Source of the DNA: Blepharisma stoltei ATCC 30299
Lineage: Eukaryota; Protista; Ciliophora
Direction: 5' to 3'
Assembly: GCA_965603825.1 (NCBI GenBank)
Contig: CBFDEM010000064.1
Span: forward strand, 310,001-374,000
DNA: 64,000 bases
Shown here: positions 1 to 12,656 of the stretch, in pieces
Position numbering within the stretch: position 1 is the stretch's first letter
Layout of the letters: each line of letters begins with the position of its first letter
The notes under the pieces: model-generated
Told to the model about the DNA's origin: nothing
What the model saw: the letters and a program-made list of their open reading frames with translations, nothing else
Database searches by the model: none
Translations under genes and position numbers: made by a program

Positions 1-1611
1 ATTTGAAGGATCATATTTATATTCATGGAGGAGCAACAGTCTTAGGAGAGCTTTTAAGATATGAAGTGCCTTCAAACAAGTTTTTCAGGATTCATTTGCA
101 AAGTGACTGTGCCGATATAGAAAGCTGCTATTGGGAATGCAGCCCAGGAACTTATAAGCACAATAATGAGTGTTTATTATGCCCGCCTGGAACTTACTCT
201 GATAGTTATGGAAACTCTGCATGCACTAATTGCTTGGAAGGATTTTTTAACCAAATTTATGGCTCTGCATCAAGAGTTCTGTGCTATCCATGTGAGGAAG
301 GGACATATAATTCTATTGAAGGAGCTGCCCTTTGTCTGAATTGCCCGCACTCTGCAGAGTGTAAAGCAGGTAGTGTTACTTTTGAAAGAGAAGTCTTTTC
401 ATTCAGTGATTTGTCTATTCAGCCTCCATTATATAAAGCTGATCAAGACAAACTCGACAGAATTATCCTCATTGTAAATTTAGTATTCGGACTATTTGGG
501 TTTCTCTTGATTATATTTATTTTGATGTTTTTTGCATCAATCTTATCAAGAATTGATATATATACCTCAAGCCACAACCATTTGCTGAACGTTTCAATGA
601 TTCTGACAAAAACAAAAATCGGAGGATTCTTTTCGATTATTTTTGGGGTCCTTGCAATTATATTGGTTTCCGATAGTATAATCACTTTTAAGCTAGACAA
701 TATCACAGAGCAGAAAAGCCTAGTTCCTCTTGTTGTGCTTTCCCAAGACATATCAAAGGTACTTTTTATTTAGTATACAGGAGATTTTGTGATCTCAACT
801 ACTTTTATCAATTATGGGGGAAACTGCTTAGTAAATCATGCTTGCTCCCCTGAAATACACATTTCATTTAGTAATATATATGGGAGTTGGTCTGAAATGA
901 GCTGCCAATTAAACAAAAGAGATTGCAACGTAATCATCAAGTGCAAAAACTGCCAAATAGAAAGCGAAGGTGAAATCTCTTATGAAATGGCATACACAAA
1001 CGCATTTTCTTCAGGGTTTATTATACAAGTTAATTCCACATCTTCAATTCCAGATGAGATAAGCAGCTATCGCACCGTTATACTTCCAAATCCAGGCTAT
1101 GTTTTTCTTGGCTTTACAGCAACAACTGTCCATTTTGCATCAATTCCTTCTGTAAACTTTAATGCAGTGATTCCAGGAATCCCATAAAGATAGGTCGTAT
1201 ACTGGCTATCATATTTCTGTGGAGCAAAGTCCAGAATATGGCTCACAATTTCACACTTATGAGTAAGTCCTATTTAGAATGGGACTCGCCTATAATTTGT
1301 ATTTGAATCTTCAGTTTAATAATGGCTTAAACGGGCTTGTTACAACAAGGAAACAGGGGCAAACATGATTAACTTTGCTTAGTGTACTATTGGGGTCTAT
1401 ATTTGGACTATTGGGAGGTGTTGGAGGAGTGATGAGTTTTATTGAAGGATGTTGAACAGAAATAGAAGATGGTTTTAGGGAAGACAATCCTTCAGCCCTT
1501 ATTGAAAAAGGCCATAAAATTAGAAATCAATTTGATTCCCATGCCAAGCTAGCAAGGTCAATGGATTCAATGTCAAAAATAAATCCTTTTTTGAAGTTCA
1601 ATTTTTTTTAA
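1..1611 (+). CDS. 5'-partial Cys-rich (GCC2/GCC3, TNFR-like CxxGxY repeats) multi-pass membrane protein; introns 759-773 (15 nt), 1152-1167 (16 nt), 1263-1277 (15 nt)
   Basis: CPPGTYS/CEEGTYN repeats then hydrophobic helices. Removing three GTA..AG micro-introns and reading TGA as Trp gives one frame to TAA at 1609-1611, with a final hydrophobic helix (TWLTLLSVLLGSIFGLLGGVGGVM). Confidence 0.8.
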
Positions 1612-2141
1612 GCGCTCAAAAATGTCATGTAATAATGATAATTTATTCTCCTCTTTATGATGCTATCTAGCTTTGGTGATTGAACTAAGAGATCATCTAA
1701 AATTTTTTTACAGTGTAAAGGATATCTAAATAAAAAATGTATAATAAAGAATATAAATTTTATAATTGCTAACCTTTTGTATTTTCTATAAAAAGAGAAG
1801 TACAAAATAATCAGGATTATATATAACATTCAACTCTAATTCTTGTCTCAAAATTTGAATTAAAATATCTGGCTAATGCAACCAAGCCCTTAAAGGCCAA
1901 ATTTAGCCTCAACTAAAAAATAATTTTATTAGTTTTGACTCAGCTCAAAAGGGTTATAAATATTCAAAGTTGCTAGTAATTTTTGTATAGCAGCAGCCCT
2001 ATGTCGGCATGCAATTTCTAAAAAAGAAAAATTAATCCTAGTATTTGAATAATTAATATAAAAAGCCTACATGATTAATAATTTATCATCGAGATCAAAT
2101 TTCCCTTTAAAATTATTTTATCAAAATCCTAAAAAATTCCA

Positions 2142-3213
2142 TTACTGCAATGAATTTAGAATATTTTTGAATCTTGAATTTAAAAATTCCTGCCCTCTCA
2201 AATAATATTCAGCACTTGTATTCATAATTTCTAATTTGCTAATCATTTCATAAGGCATTATCGTTTTCACCGTCTTTAACTCATTTTTCATCTCATATCT
2301 TGCATTATTATACCGTTCTAACCCACTTCTTCAATCTTCATAAGCCATATTTTCTATTTCTCTTTGCCTCTCCTTCAGCTCTTCAATTTCTTTTCTGCTC
2401 GCATTCGGATTTTCCACACAAATTTTTTCTAAATCTTTCACCTTTTGGAATAAAATATTATTGAATTCTTTGACTTCTTCTAATTCTCGTTTGGCTCTTC
2501 TTCATTCCTCTTCTTTGTTATTATTTTTATTTTTCTTTTGAATTAGGCTTGATTTCTGCATATTTTCAACGTTTCTAAAAAACAGTCCTTTTCCATTACT
2601 TTTAAACTCATTAAAAATTGGAGGAACCGGAAATCGGGGCCTATTTAGATTTTTACTTATAAAAGGGGTTTCCAAATATAAAAACTGCACAAATTGAATG
2701 CATTATAGGTCTTAATGATTCTGAGGATTTCAGGTTGTTTTCGGAAATGTCGAGTTCTATGATACTTAATGATGATAAAGAATGGAGAGATTCTATGCAA
2801 TTTGAAGATGCGTAACAGTATTTGAGAGAAGGCAATTGAGATAAAGCACTGATATCAATAATTCGGTTATTTGAGATAATTAATGTTTCAAGCCATGGCA
2901 TTCTTCCAAAAGAGAGTCTGCTTAAGTCATTATTTGATAAATCTAAGATCAATAAATTTAAAGGCAAAGGCCAAGTCTCTTTTAAAGGGTTGTAGGTGCA
3001 TTTAAGAGAGCTGAGAGAGTCCAGATTTAAAAGCTCAGATGGGAGTGTAATTATTTGTAATTTAGATATATCCAAATCTACCTATATGGATTTTACAAGT
3101 TTTTCAAAGCGCTTTAGAGCTGAAAATGAAGAGATTTGCTTAGACGATAAATTTAATGACGAAATTTGTAGCGGGTCTGTTACTTCAGATAGCTGGAGCA
3201 AGAAGTCATTCAT
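2142..3213 (-). CDS. Leucine-rich repeat protein with C-terminal coiled coil; introns 3082-3096 (15 nt), 2641-2656 (16 nt)
   Basis: LxxLxLxxN repeats (LILDLSNNDL, LETLIISNNRI, IELDISENNL) and a GNPF LRR cap. Three track ORFs join through two micro-introns and in-frame TGA codons, from ATG 3213 to TAA 2142-2144. Confidence 0.8.
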
Positions 3214-3331
3214 ATTTAAATTTTTAAGAATAATTTTCTGATTTATAACGAAAGAAAGTTTCTTATTACAATGAAAAAATCTATCTAAACCATTCAAATA
3301 TTGTAATTTAAGTGATATTAATTATTTTAGG

Positions 3332-5275
3332 CTATTCAAAGGTTGCGTAAATAAATCCTAAAATTGGTCCTCCAATCCTGTTATTCCCTCCATATCTAAA
3401 AGGCATTTCATACGTAGGTTCGCCGACTTCAAACAATATCCTATTTTTTTCATCAACTAGATAATCCAAAGATGCTGGCTTACCATTGAAGTATTTTCCA
3501 GGAGTGAGCACAACAGATATTGTATAATCAACATTTGGTTCCATTAAAATTTCATTTGGAAAACTAACTTCATTTACTTTATTACGGATTTTTTCCAAAA
3601 ACTCAAACAAAAAGATCAGCCCAGTTGTTGTTTTCTTCGATTTCGTAATGCTAATCTGCTTTATATAAGTTTCAGAGGAGTCACTTCTACCTCCTATTAA
3701 TAATCCATATAAAATTGCATATTTTGATGATTTAAGTGTAATAGCGTTGGCTTGATTTTCTTCAACTACCCACGATTTTAAAGAAGGCCAATACAAAGGA
3801 TAAATTTCTTTAAACCTCTCAAATGTCTTTTTAATAAGATAGTAGCTTGAGCGGGTTTTTCCAAGCCTTAAAGACTCAATGGAATCCTTTATATCAAAAA
3901 TCAATGAAAAATTGTTTGATGATAAAGACATAAGTGCTAGTGTCTTAATTTTCTCTTGAAAAGAAAGCACCTTGAAATCATTCATTTTATTTTTTAAAGC
4001 TACAAGATATGTATTGGTGAATACAGGCAATTTTTCGTAAATGCAAGAAAATGCACATTCTAGAACATCTTCAATTACTTTTAATGATCTCGTAGCTTTA
4101 CAAGGTAGTCTGTTGACCTTTCTTGCGCAGTTCTCACAAAAAAATTTTACCCCATAAGAAGAAAATGTAACAGCTTGCTCGTTGTGGTCTTCACAATTGA
4201 CTTCTATAAAGGTCAAATTATTAATCAGTTTTCAATCTAATTTGGCATTATTAAGATCAGTTCGAAAATAGCATTTATGGCATTGAAAGTCGTATGGGTT
4301 TTCTGCAGAATTCTTGCACTCAAGACATATATAATGATAACATGGGAGTTTATAGGGTTTCTTGTCTTGTGTATTGAAAAAGCAGCTTCCTTTGCAGCAT
4401 AAGGGAAAATCATATTTTTGAGGAAAATGCTCAAATATAAAGCCTGATTTATATATTTGGGAATCCAATGAGCAACATTGAAAAGATGATTCTTTAAGAC
4501 ATTCATAGCAAATAACATGCATTACATTTTCGCACGGCAGCCTTATTGGTGTTCTATTTCCAAACCCTAATTTTTTCAAGCAGTTTTGGCACCTGGAGTC
4601 TGCAGATATTTTTATTTCTGATGTATTGTAAATAATGTCCCGAACTTCTATAATCAAACTATTAAGATTTTCTATTTCTCTGGTTTTCATGAATCTCAAG
4701 ATAAATTTATTTAGGATTCCAATGTCGGAAGTCCCAATAACTTGAATAGCGGCCTTTTGAACTTCTATTTTAAAATTTTCGGAAATTGGCAAAAGATCTG
4801 GATAATCTTTTGAACAGAAGGTACAAAAAAGGGCCATTTTCCCTAAATCTATAGTTTCTGCATCAATTCAAGGATGATTGACGCATTTCAGAGTGCTTGA
4901 TGCATAAGTGTTCAACCAATGATAAACATCTAGCATTTCTTTATTTGTTTTTGATAAAGTGTGCATAATTCACTTTCTTCTCTCTGGGCATAAAGATTTT
5001 TTTTGCGAGTTAAATAAAGGAAGAATTGCTTCGTAAATTATATTATTCAAAGCTTTACTTTCTAAGTCTATAAAACCTGAAGTATTAAGTTGGGAAGAAC
5101 AGGTAATGCAATAGGCCATAAAAGTCGAGACATCAAAATACTTTCCAGGCTGGCTTTTGCAGAAGAGGCAAGTTAGGTTATCTCTTTCTTGTTTAAGCGA
5201 TTTTTCTGCTCTGCCTTGGCTATTAGATGCTATAAAATTGTTAGAGTATTTTGACATTATTCTATTATTTATCAT
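3332..5275 (-). CDS. B-box/RING zinc-finger protein with PHR-like C-terminal domain (putative E3 ligase)
   Basis: Track ORFs 4970-5275, 4232-4837 and 3332-4216 share one frame and are separated only by TGA. RING-like motifs (LPCENVMHVICYEC, LPCYHYICLEC), B-box-like motifs (CVNHP..FCTFC, CEDH..FCENC) and a PHR-like end (NAITLKSSKYAILYGLLIG, GGPILGFIY). Start could be 5275 or 5257. Confidence 0.75.
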
Positions 5276-5611
5276 ATTTACTTCAAAGAGTTCAAAAGTC
5301 GAGCTTAAGATTTAATTAAATCCTAAAGAATTAAATATCTTTACTAAGCTTATTATTTCTTAGGACATAATACAATGAAACAAATAATCTTTGAAGCAGA
5401 TATTTGACTTCATGAGTAAACAAAATGCTCTTTTTTCGCTCCATGCTTTTTAAACTTTTATAGAATCTTATGTTAAATGTTTTTCAAAAAATTCACTTAG
5501 AAAGTTTATATCTTCGAAGTTATCTTAAATTAAGTGATAATTGAATTTAAAAATCTAGTGAAATGAAAAATTTAAGATAATAATTTAATAAAGAGAATTA
5601 GTTATCCTTAC

Positions 5612-6050
5612 TTAGGCTTGATTGAATTCCAAATCAAGAGTAATTGGGAGCTGGCTTTCTGTAAGGTCTGTCTCAATAATGCACTTAGTTGCTCCTGCTT
5701 TGCATGCATTAAGCTTCCATCCAGTTGTTGTCAAAGGCATTGAAGGAGAAGCATCTGAAGAGGCCTTAATGGAAGTTATAGTTAAATCAGTACTAAGAGA
5801 GCTAGCGAAGTCGATTTCGATATTTGGTTTATCGAAGCTAAGTTGGTAGCCAATGCTATCAACTCTGCAAGTACTTCCGACTTGAACGATTGATAAAACA
5901 CATTGAAAGCACTGCGGATTTGGGCTGCAAAGAGTGCAGGAGTCAGTACAAGCTAAATAGAATTTACATATGCCTGATCCATCATCGTAAAGGAAATAGT
6001 TTGGTTCACATAGAGTACAAGCATCGCCTGATAAGGGTGAACAATCAAGG
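5612..6050 (-). pseudogene. 3'-only copy (member D) of the secreted LamG-like/Cys-rich family; keeps a 15-nt intron at 5953-5967
   Basis: Minus strand reads LDCSPLSGDACTLC...CRVDSIG...DLTESQLPITLDLEFNQA*, closely matching 10537-10987. Homology stops abruptly near 6050, with an in-frame TAA just upstream and no start. Confidence 0.8.
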
Positions 6051-6322
6051 TTCGATTAGATATAATTGTCAAGGAAATCCTTATAGCATTTCCAAAATCG
6101 CTTTTTATATCTTCCTATTATTATAAAGAACTTGAAAATTTAGCTTTATATTCTTTATTCTTTAATCGAATGCTTAGTTTTAGCAAAATAAGAGATTAAA
6201 TATAATTAATAATTATTTAGGCTTATTAATTAATTTTCACTACGTTTTCTATTTTGAGATAACAATTGTCTGTGAGAAATAGATTCAATTTAATTCTTCA
6301 TTCATTTTTGAGTTTGTATAAT

Positions 6323-6828
6323 TATATCTACTTGGCTTTAAGCGATTCTTTAACTTTATTACAATGGTGGCTTTTTCAGTGATATCAATTTAATTATTGG
6401 TTTCGTTTTGAATCATGAATTGACTTGCGTTAGCAAAAATTTTATGTTTGTTTTATATAATCATTCCTTTCTTGGGTCTTTGCATTATTGGCTGGGAATG
6501 ACAGGCATATCTTCTATACAGCAACTTCTCAATTCACATCCAGAAAAACTTGAAGCTAACAGAATCTTTTTATGCTGAATAGTGTATTCCATTATTCCCA
6601 TCTGGGACAATCAAAATTTTCTTATCAGAAGCACCATGGAATGCCTTACTAAAACATTGAGAATTGAAAGGAGCTTTCAATAATTAAAGGTTTGGCTAGT
6701 GCTATTGCTTTTTAGCCATCACTCAAATAAGTCGATTCCTTATAAAATTTCTATAGCTGTTACCCAGCCTTAAACAATTAGCATTAAGTCAAAATATTTT
6801 CAGTTTAAAAGTCTTATTTCTTAACTAA
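6323..6828. repeat. Diverged direct duplicate of 8353-8922 (probably decayed coding DNA)
   Basis: Collinear shared words, e.g. tatatctRcttggctttaag, atcatgaaYtgacttgc, agcaacttctcaatt, ttagYcatcactcaaa. Every frame examined contains stops. Confidence 0.8.
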
Positions 6829-7289
6829 TACTCACCTTATATAAAAATAATGTTTATAATTTTTGAACCTCAACAACATAAGCCTATGTATTTCTCCTTT
6901 CGAAAATGAAGAGTTTACATTCTTCGTCAGTGTAATTTTTTAATCATCCCACATTTCGTCTAAATTTTGTCTTTTCTATAGTATAATCGTTGATTTCTTG
7001 ATAATAATTATCATCATTAAGAATATGGTAATTTTTTTCAATCATAACCTTAATTTCAATAGAGTACCATGTGATAATCCTAATTGTAAACCCTTTTACT
7101 TAGAGTGTCGAATTAAATTTTCCAGAGGTCATTGAAGTAATTTTAAGTTTTTCTCTCAGCTATGACTAATTACAGTCATTTTTACACTTCATCATTGAAG
7201 CTCTCAAACGGCATGAGAATGCCCTCAAATTTCTGATGGATAAAGATCAAGCGTGACTACTACGTAGGATGATAAATTTTAACACAAAG

Positions 7290-7657
7290 TAAAGCAAAAC
7301 GACTTAAAAGTAAAATTAAATTCCGTTGAAAATAAATTGGAAGATAAATCAAACCAACAGCAAAATGATTTAAAAAATAAACGCAAAGAAGCTCTCGATG
7401 AAATTAATAAACAACTGAAAGAGACAGCTGCTGTAACCAAAGCGTTTGTAAATAAAATATAAAATCAAGAAAAAGCAATACAAAATCAAGATAAATACCT
7501 GAAAAGGATAAACAATGATGTCAGAGATATAGAAAATCAGGCTGAAAATATTGCAAAAAGAGTTAAACAGTTAGAAAAAGATATTAATGATTTATTTGTA
7601 AATTTGGGAAATGTGCAAAATAAAAGCGAAGGTGGAAAAGGCTCTGTTTCAGCATAA
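7290..7657 (+). pseudogene. Decayed coiled-coil coding fragment
   Basis: K/E/Q/N-rich frame (KVKLNSVENKLEDK...RVKQLEKDINDL) interrupted by a TAA where the adjacent internal repeat has CAA (ATA TAA AAT CAA GAA vs ATA CAA AAT CAA GAT). Confidence 0.5.
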
Positions 7658-7914
7658 AATTATCCAATTAAAAAAATCAAAAATCAAAAAATAATAGAGG
7701 AAATCAAAAAGGAATAAACAGTATCAAAATATTTCCACCAAAGGTATAAATCTTGATGAAAATCCTTATGAAAATGCCATAGGACGCAAAAGATTCAGAT
7801 AGAAGATCAGGCAATAAAAGCAATGATCCTAGTCAAGATCTTAACAAAGAAAGGAGAATTTTAACCTGAAAAAAATCAAAGCAGAAAAAAACTTGAACAG
7901 CGAGAGATATTGAT

Positions 7915-8100
7915 ATGATCCAGGCAAGAATTGATACAAATAACGACGGACTGATTGACTGGGATGAGTTTAAAAAACGATTTAAGACCCCAGAAACTGA
8001 ACATATCATTAAAGGAACTGCTCAGCAGCGATTAAACACATTAAGACAAAGCATGTACTCATATATGCTAAAAAAATTCTGTGACTTGAAAAGTTCATAA
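7915..8100 (+). pseudogene. EF-hand coding fragment
   Basis: Canonical EF loop DTNNDGLIDWDE. The fragment is isolated and flanked by broken frames, so it is probably a piece of a larger EF-hand gene. Confidence 0.55.
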
Positions 8101-8154
8101 CAATTTCAAATCATTACTGTAGCCCAGGGCCTCTTTTGGATCATCTTGATAAAA

Positions 8155-8270
8155 CTGCTTGCATAGGCAAAGCCTATAAGTAAGTGAACCATATTTGAAA
8201 TAATGGCATAATAAGCTGATCTAATGTTGTCAGAGAACTCAATTTTGCTTTTCTAATTCGGATTTTTCTT
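8155..8270. repeat. Inverted duplicate of ~15840-15950
   Basis: ctgcttgcataggcaaagcctataagtaagtgaacc...aactcaattttgc matches the reverse complement of 15840-15950. Confidence 0.75.
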
Positions 8271-8352
8271 GATTTTCTTTTAGGAATTTTATGAAAGAAT
8301 TGCTTATGAGCAATAGAATTTAATTTATTCACCCATTTTCTAGTTTTTATCC

Positions 8353-8922
8353 TATATCTGCTTGGCTTTAAGTGATTTTTAATTTATCACAATAATCGCT
8401 GTTTCAGTAATATTAATTTCACTATTGGTTTTGTTTTGGATCATGAACTGACTTGCATCAGCAAAAATTTAATGTTTTTATTTCATAATAATTCCTTATT
8501 TGATTCTTTTGATTATTGGCTGGAGCATAACAGTCATATCTTCTATAAAGCAACTTCTCAATTTCCATCCTCAAGCCTTGAAGCTAAACGAATCTTTATA
8601 TGCTGAATATTGTATTCCTCATTCCTATCTGGGATGATCAGAATTTTCTTTTCAGAAACAGCATGGCGAACTTTACGAAAAGCATTGAGGATTGATAGGA
8701 GCTATAGCACAAGAAATAATTAAAGGTAAAGAGATTAAAGCTTTTCACTAATAAAAGGTTTGATTTAGAGCTATTACTTCTTAGTCATCACTCAAAGTTA
8801 ATTGACTTCTTATTTTGAGTCTTTATACCTCTATTCGAGCCTTAAAAACAAAAAAAAAGTCAAAATATTTCAATTTTCTCAAAAAATGTTTTAAGTTTAA
8901 AAGTGGAATTTTCTTAACTAAA
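8353..8922. repeat. Diverged direct duplicate of 6323-6828
   Basis: Collinear shared sequence with small indels. Confidence 0.8.
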
Positions 8923-9582
8923 TTTGGGGAAAAAATGCTTACATCATTAAAATTTACTATTTCTTTCATATTAAAAAGCCAATATAAACTAAATGGTAAG
9001 GCATACTCGGCCCAGAGCTCTTCATTTGATTTTCTGTCTTTATTTTGGCAACGCAGCATCTTCTCCACATTCTTACTCAAAGTGCTGCATATGCAATAAA
9101 CTTTCGAACTAAAATTTCTACATCATTTCTGAAATTGCTGTTAGCGTTTGGATGCTTAAAAAAGCTTGGCAAATTGATCCAATAGCGCAGCTTGACCACG
9201 AGTGATAGGAGATCTTGGAAAAAGGAGTTAATGTCCGCTTTGTGTATCGACTAGGCTTTATTGCAGCTACCCTAAACTGATAGGCCAAAGTTTCTTCCTG
9301 CAGCAGGTTCTATCCTGATGAAAAATCGCAACACTTAGTTCTCTCCAACAGAACATAGGACATCTTCTAACCCATTGAGATCAAGTAAGAGCTTAGTAGA
9401 AATTCGACACTTTGATTTCCCAAATGATGACGGCGTCAAGGAGACAAAATCTCTAAGAAGGTTTAATTAAAATTTCTAAAATGAGCATTATAGCTATAGT
9501 CATCTAAAGTAATGCTCGCTTTTACCATTTTTATCTAGAATATTCGTTGAGATAAAATTTATTTCCATAAACCTTAATAAAT

Positions 9583-10987
9583 ATGGGCCTTTCAAGACGA
9601 ATAATTGTTTTCCTTGCTCTCTTAAAGACAATATCAGCACGGATTAGTTTTTTTGATGAATGATTAACAAACTCAGGTTACCTTAATGGAAACGATAAAA
9701 TGACTTCCAATGATAATAATGATTTGCTTGTAACTAAGCCATCAACTGATCTTACAAATAAATTTTCATGCTTCTTAATGGTCTTGAACGGTGAAACATG
9801 GGACTTAGAAGGAGATTTCTCAAGCAGAGTTTCTGGAAATGAAGTCGCAGTGGGCTATTGGGTAAAGTTTTCAAATACTGTCAGCAATAAAGTGTTCCAA
9901 TTTGGATTCAGTTCTGGCCCTCATTATATCATCTCATCAGTGAGTAATGGCGTACTAAATGGAGTATTCTACAAAGACGCCTCCACAACTGATCCTAAGA
10001 ACAATTTTTCATTTACAATTCCGATAAGTAATTTTTATGTAGATAAGTGGAATCTCGTCGTATTTTATTTTCAACAGATAAATTCAGACGTTACTTTAAA
10101 TATTCTAATTTCGAACAAAGGGAAAACATCTATAACTTCTGATGCAAGCTCATCTACACCTTTCCAGCTTCCTCAAGGCTATATGACTTTCAGTAGTTCA
10201 GTTCATGGTTTCTTATATAGCATTTTTGCGATAGCATCTGCCTATTTTGAGGGCACAGAATATAGAGAAGTTATTCTTAAAGATACTAATCTTAATGTGG
10301 GTAAACAGTCTAAAGTTTGCTCTCAGAATTGTGCAGATGATTTATGTGATGCAGAAGGAGACTGTATTTCCAGTTATAGTCAATGTCATTGCGCTACGGG
10401 AACAACAGTTTGTGATTCCTGCTCTGAGCCAGCTCGCGATTTTAGTAATTATTGTTTGAGATGCAAATATGGAAATTCATTTAAGAATCATCACTGTATT
10501 TTTTACTTTAGGCTGCTCTAACACCCTTACTAATTGTCTTGATTGTTCACCCTTATCAGCCACTGTTTGTACTTTATGTTCAACAGGCTACTTCCTCTAC
10601 AATAACGGAGCAGGCACTGTATCTTGCATCTGTAAATTATATTTAGCTTGCACTGACTCCTGCACTTCTTGCAACCCAAATCCTCAGTGTTTCGAATGTG
10701 CTTCATCAATCGTTCAAGACGGAAGTACTTGCAGAGTTGATAGCATTGGCTTCCAAATCGGCTTCAGTAAGCCAAACTTCGAAATCAACTTCGCTAGCCC
10801 TCTCACCTATGATTTGACGATCAGCTCCATTAAAGCCTTTTCAGATGCTTCTCCTTCAACGCTTTTAACAACAACTGGATGGACGCTTAATACATGCAAC
10901 TCAGGCGCATCTCAGTGCAATATTGTGACTGACCTTACAGAAAGCCAGCTCCCAATTTCTCTTGTATTGGAATTTAACCAAGCCTAA
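9583..10987 (+). CDS. Secreted LamG/ConA-like + furin-like Cys-rich protein, family member A (457 aa); introns 10496-10511 (16 nt), 10632-10646 (15 nt)
   Basis: ATG 9583 with signal-like MGLSRRIIVFLALLKTISA and TGA(W) at 9661. Beta-rich domain (AVGYWVKF, DKWNLVVF), CxxC repeats, conserved LEFNQA* end. Intron positions match the paralogs. The fold assignment is inference. Confidence 0.8.
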
Positions 10988-11099
10988 GTGCAGGTAACTA
11001 ATCCTCTTCATTAAATTATCATCTTTAAGTTTTCATTTCACTATTTTTTTAAATTCAATTATTATTTTAATTCAAGATAATTTTGATGAGAGAGCTTCT

Positions 11100-12460
11100 A
11101 ACTGACATGATCATGGATCAGGGTTGAAATCGATGGGAATAATTGTGACATGGCAAATCTTTAGCACACAAAAATCATGTGTAACACGTCTCTAGTAGTT
11201 CATAGCACAAGCTCATCAATATATGAAGGGGCCAAATCTAAGATTACTTTAAACTTTGACTATTTAACAGCATAATCCCTAAATATATCTTTAATATAGC
11301 GACTGCACAGATCCCAAGAGACGAAGGCATCCTCTTTAAGGCATCAGTTACAGGAAGCTACAGTTTTTTGGTCTCTTCTAACGACTACTGAAAGCTTTTC
11401 TTATCCACAAGTGATAATTCTACAGCTCAAGCCTAAGTCTTTAAATACCAAAGCTGAACATCTTTGAGAGATCAATTAGTAGAACTACTCTGAGTTAGAA
11501 AATAGCCTAAATGATTATATGGAACTAAGACACACTCAAGGGGATCAAATCACTTAGACGTTGGAGTCAAAATCTTGAACTTCAGTTTTCCAAATAGCCT
11601 TATATCCAGAATTTGCAGATTTTGCCTGCTGATGTAGTAGATGAGGTCCAAACCCTTATGATTGTGGGTGCAAATTCAGGACCTGCTTGTGGAAAACTTA
11701 AGCTGGTCTCTGGAACTCAAGTAAGAAACCTAATCAACTGGAGTGCAGATGCTGGGATGTGGACTCGTCCTGATATACTCAGCCAAATTATTTAGGCTTA
11801 GCACGCTCAAAATTCATGTCAAGAGTCTTGGCAAGACAACAAACGCCTTGGATTACAGTGTCACTCTTAATTATTTAGTCTCTTATAAGAAATACAAATT
11901 TTCAGCAGATACCACCCAATTCAGCCCTTAAGCATGATTTCTATTTCAAACGTAACGTGAAGTATCCAGAGTCAACCACAATAAAGGGCAGTTTAAGCTA
12001 CGCTTTAGAAATACAACTTCTCAGTGGGTTGGTATTAGCACTTCTGTTGAAAATTTGCAGTTCTATTTAGCCAGCAGGTTGAGCCTTTTGAAAACAATAA
12101 CCATTTATTGCCCTTGGAAAATCAAAGTGTCCAATTTCTGGCGAGCTCTTGACTAAAATGGAAACTTGACGCTCTGAACTTTCATATAAAGTTCAAAAGG
12201 TCAATTTCTTGGTCAGCTGCTGAATAGATGGAAATCGAAGCTCAGGTCACAGCAGGACTACGCTTTCAATTGACCTATATAAATCCTAAGACACTGCCAG
12301 CAGAGCCATTCCAACTACCTTCCGAGAGAAAACACCTGCCATGAATTGACTCTTGAAGCCTTCACCTGCACTAGTGAAGCCTAACCTGGTACGTATATCT
12401 AACGCTACGCTTCTTTCCTCAAAGTCCCGCTACCTTCTAGATCGCCAATATAAGAGTCAG
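11100..12460 (+). pseudogene. Decayed fragment of a large extracellular-type gene
   Basis: Higher GC than flanks and short coding-like pieces (GANSGPACGKLKL, LDYSVTLNY) broken by many stops and frameshifts. Family not identified. Confidence 0.35.
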
Positions 12461-12468
12461 AAGTCAGG

Positions 12469-12656
12469 CCTGTTAGTCATTTTAATCTTATCAGCTAAGT
12501 TTTAGGCTAAAGAAATAAATGAGAATCAAAAAGCATGAATTTTGGAAAGAGCTATAAAATAACCTGTTAGTCATTTTAATCTTATCAGCTAAGTTTTAGG
12601 CTAAAGAAATAAATGAGAATCAAAAAGCATGAATTTTGGAAAGAGCTATAAAATAA
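12469..12656. repeat. Perfect 94-bp tandem duplication (12469-12562, 12563-12656)
   Basis: cctgttagtcattttaatc...gagctataaaataa occurs twice head-to-tail with no mismatch seen. Confidence 0.95.

Noticed and set aside
8990-9470. Coding-like minus-strand fragment, considered as a transposase remnant
   Set aside because: Multiple stops and no recognisable catalytic motif or terminal inverted repeats.
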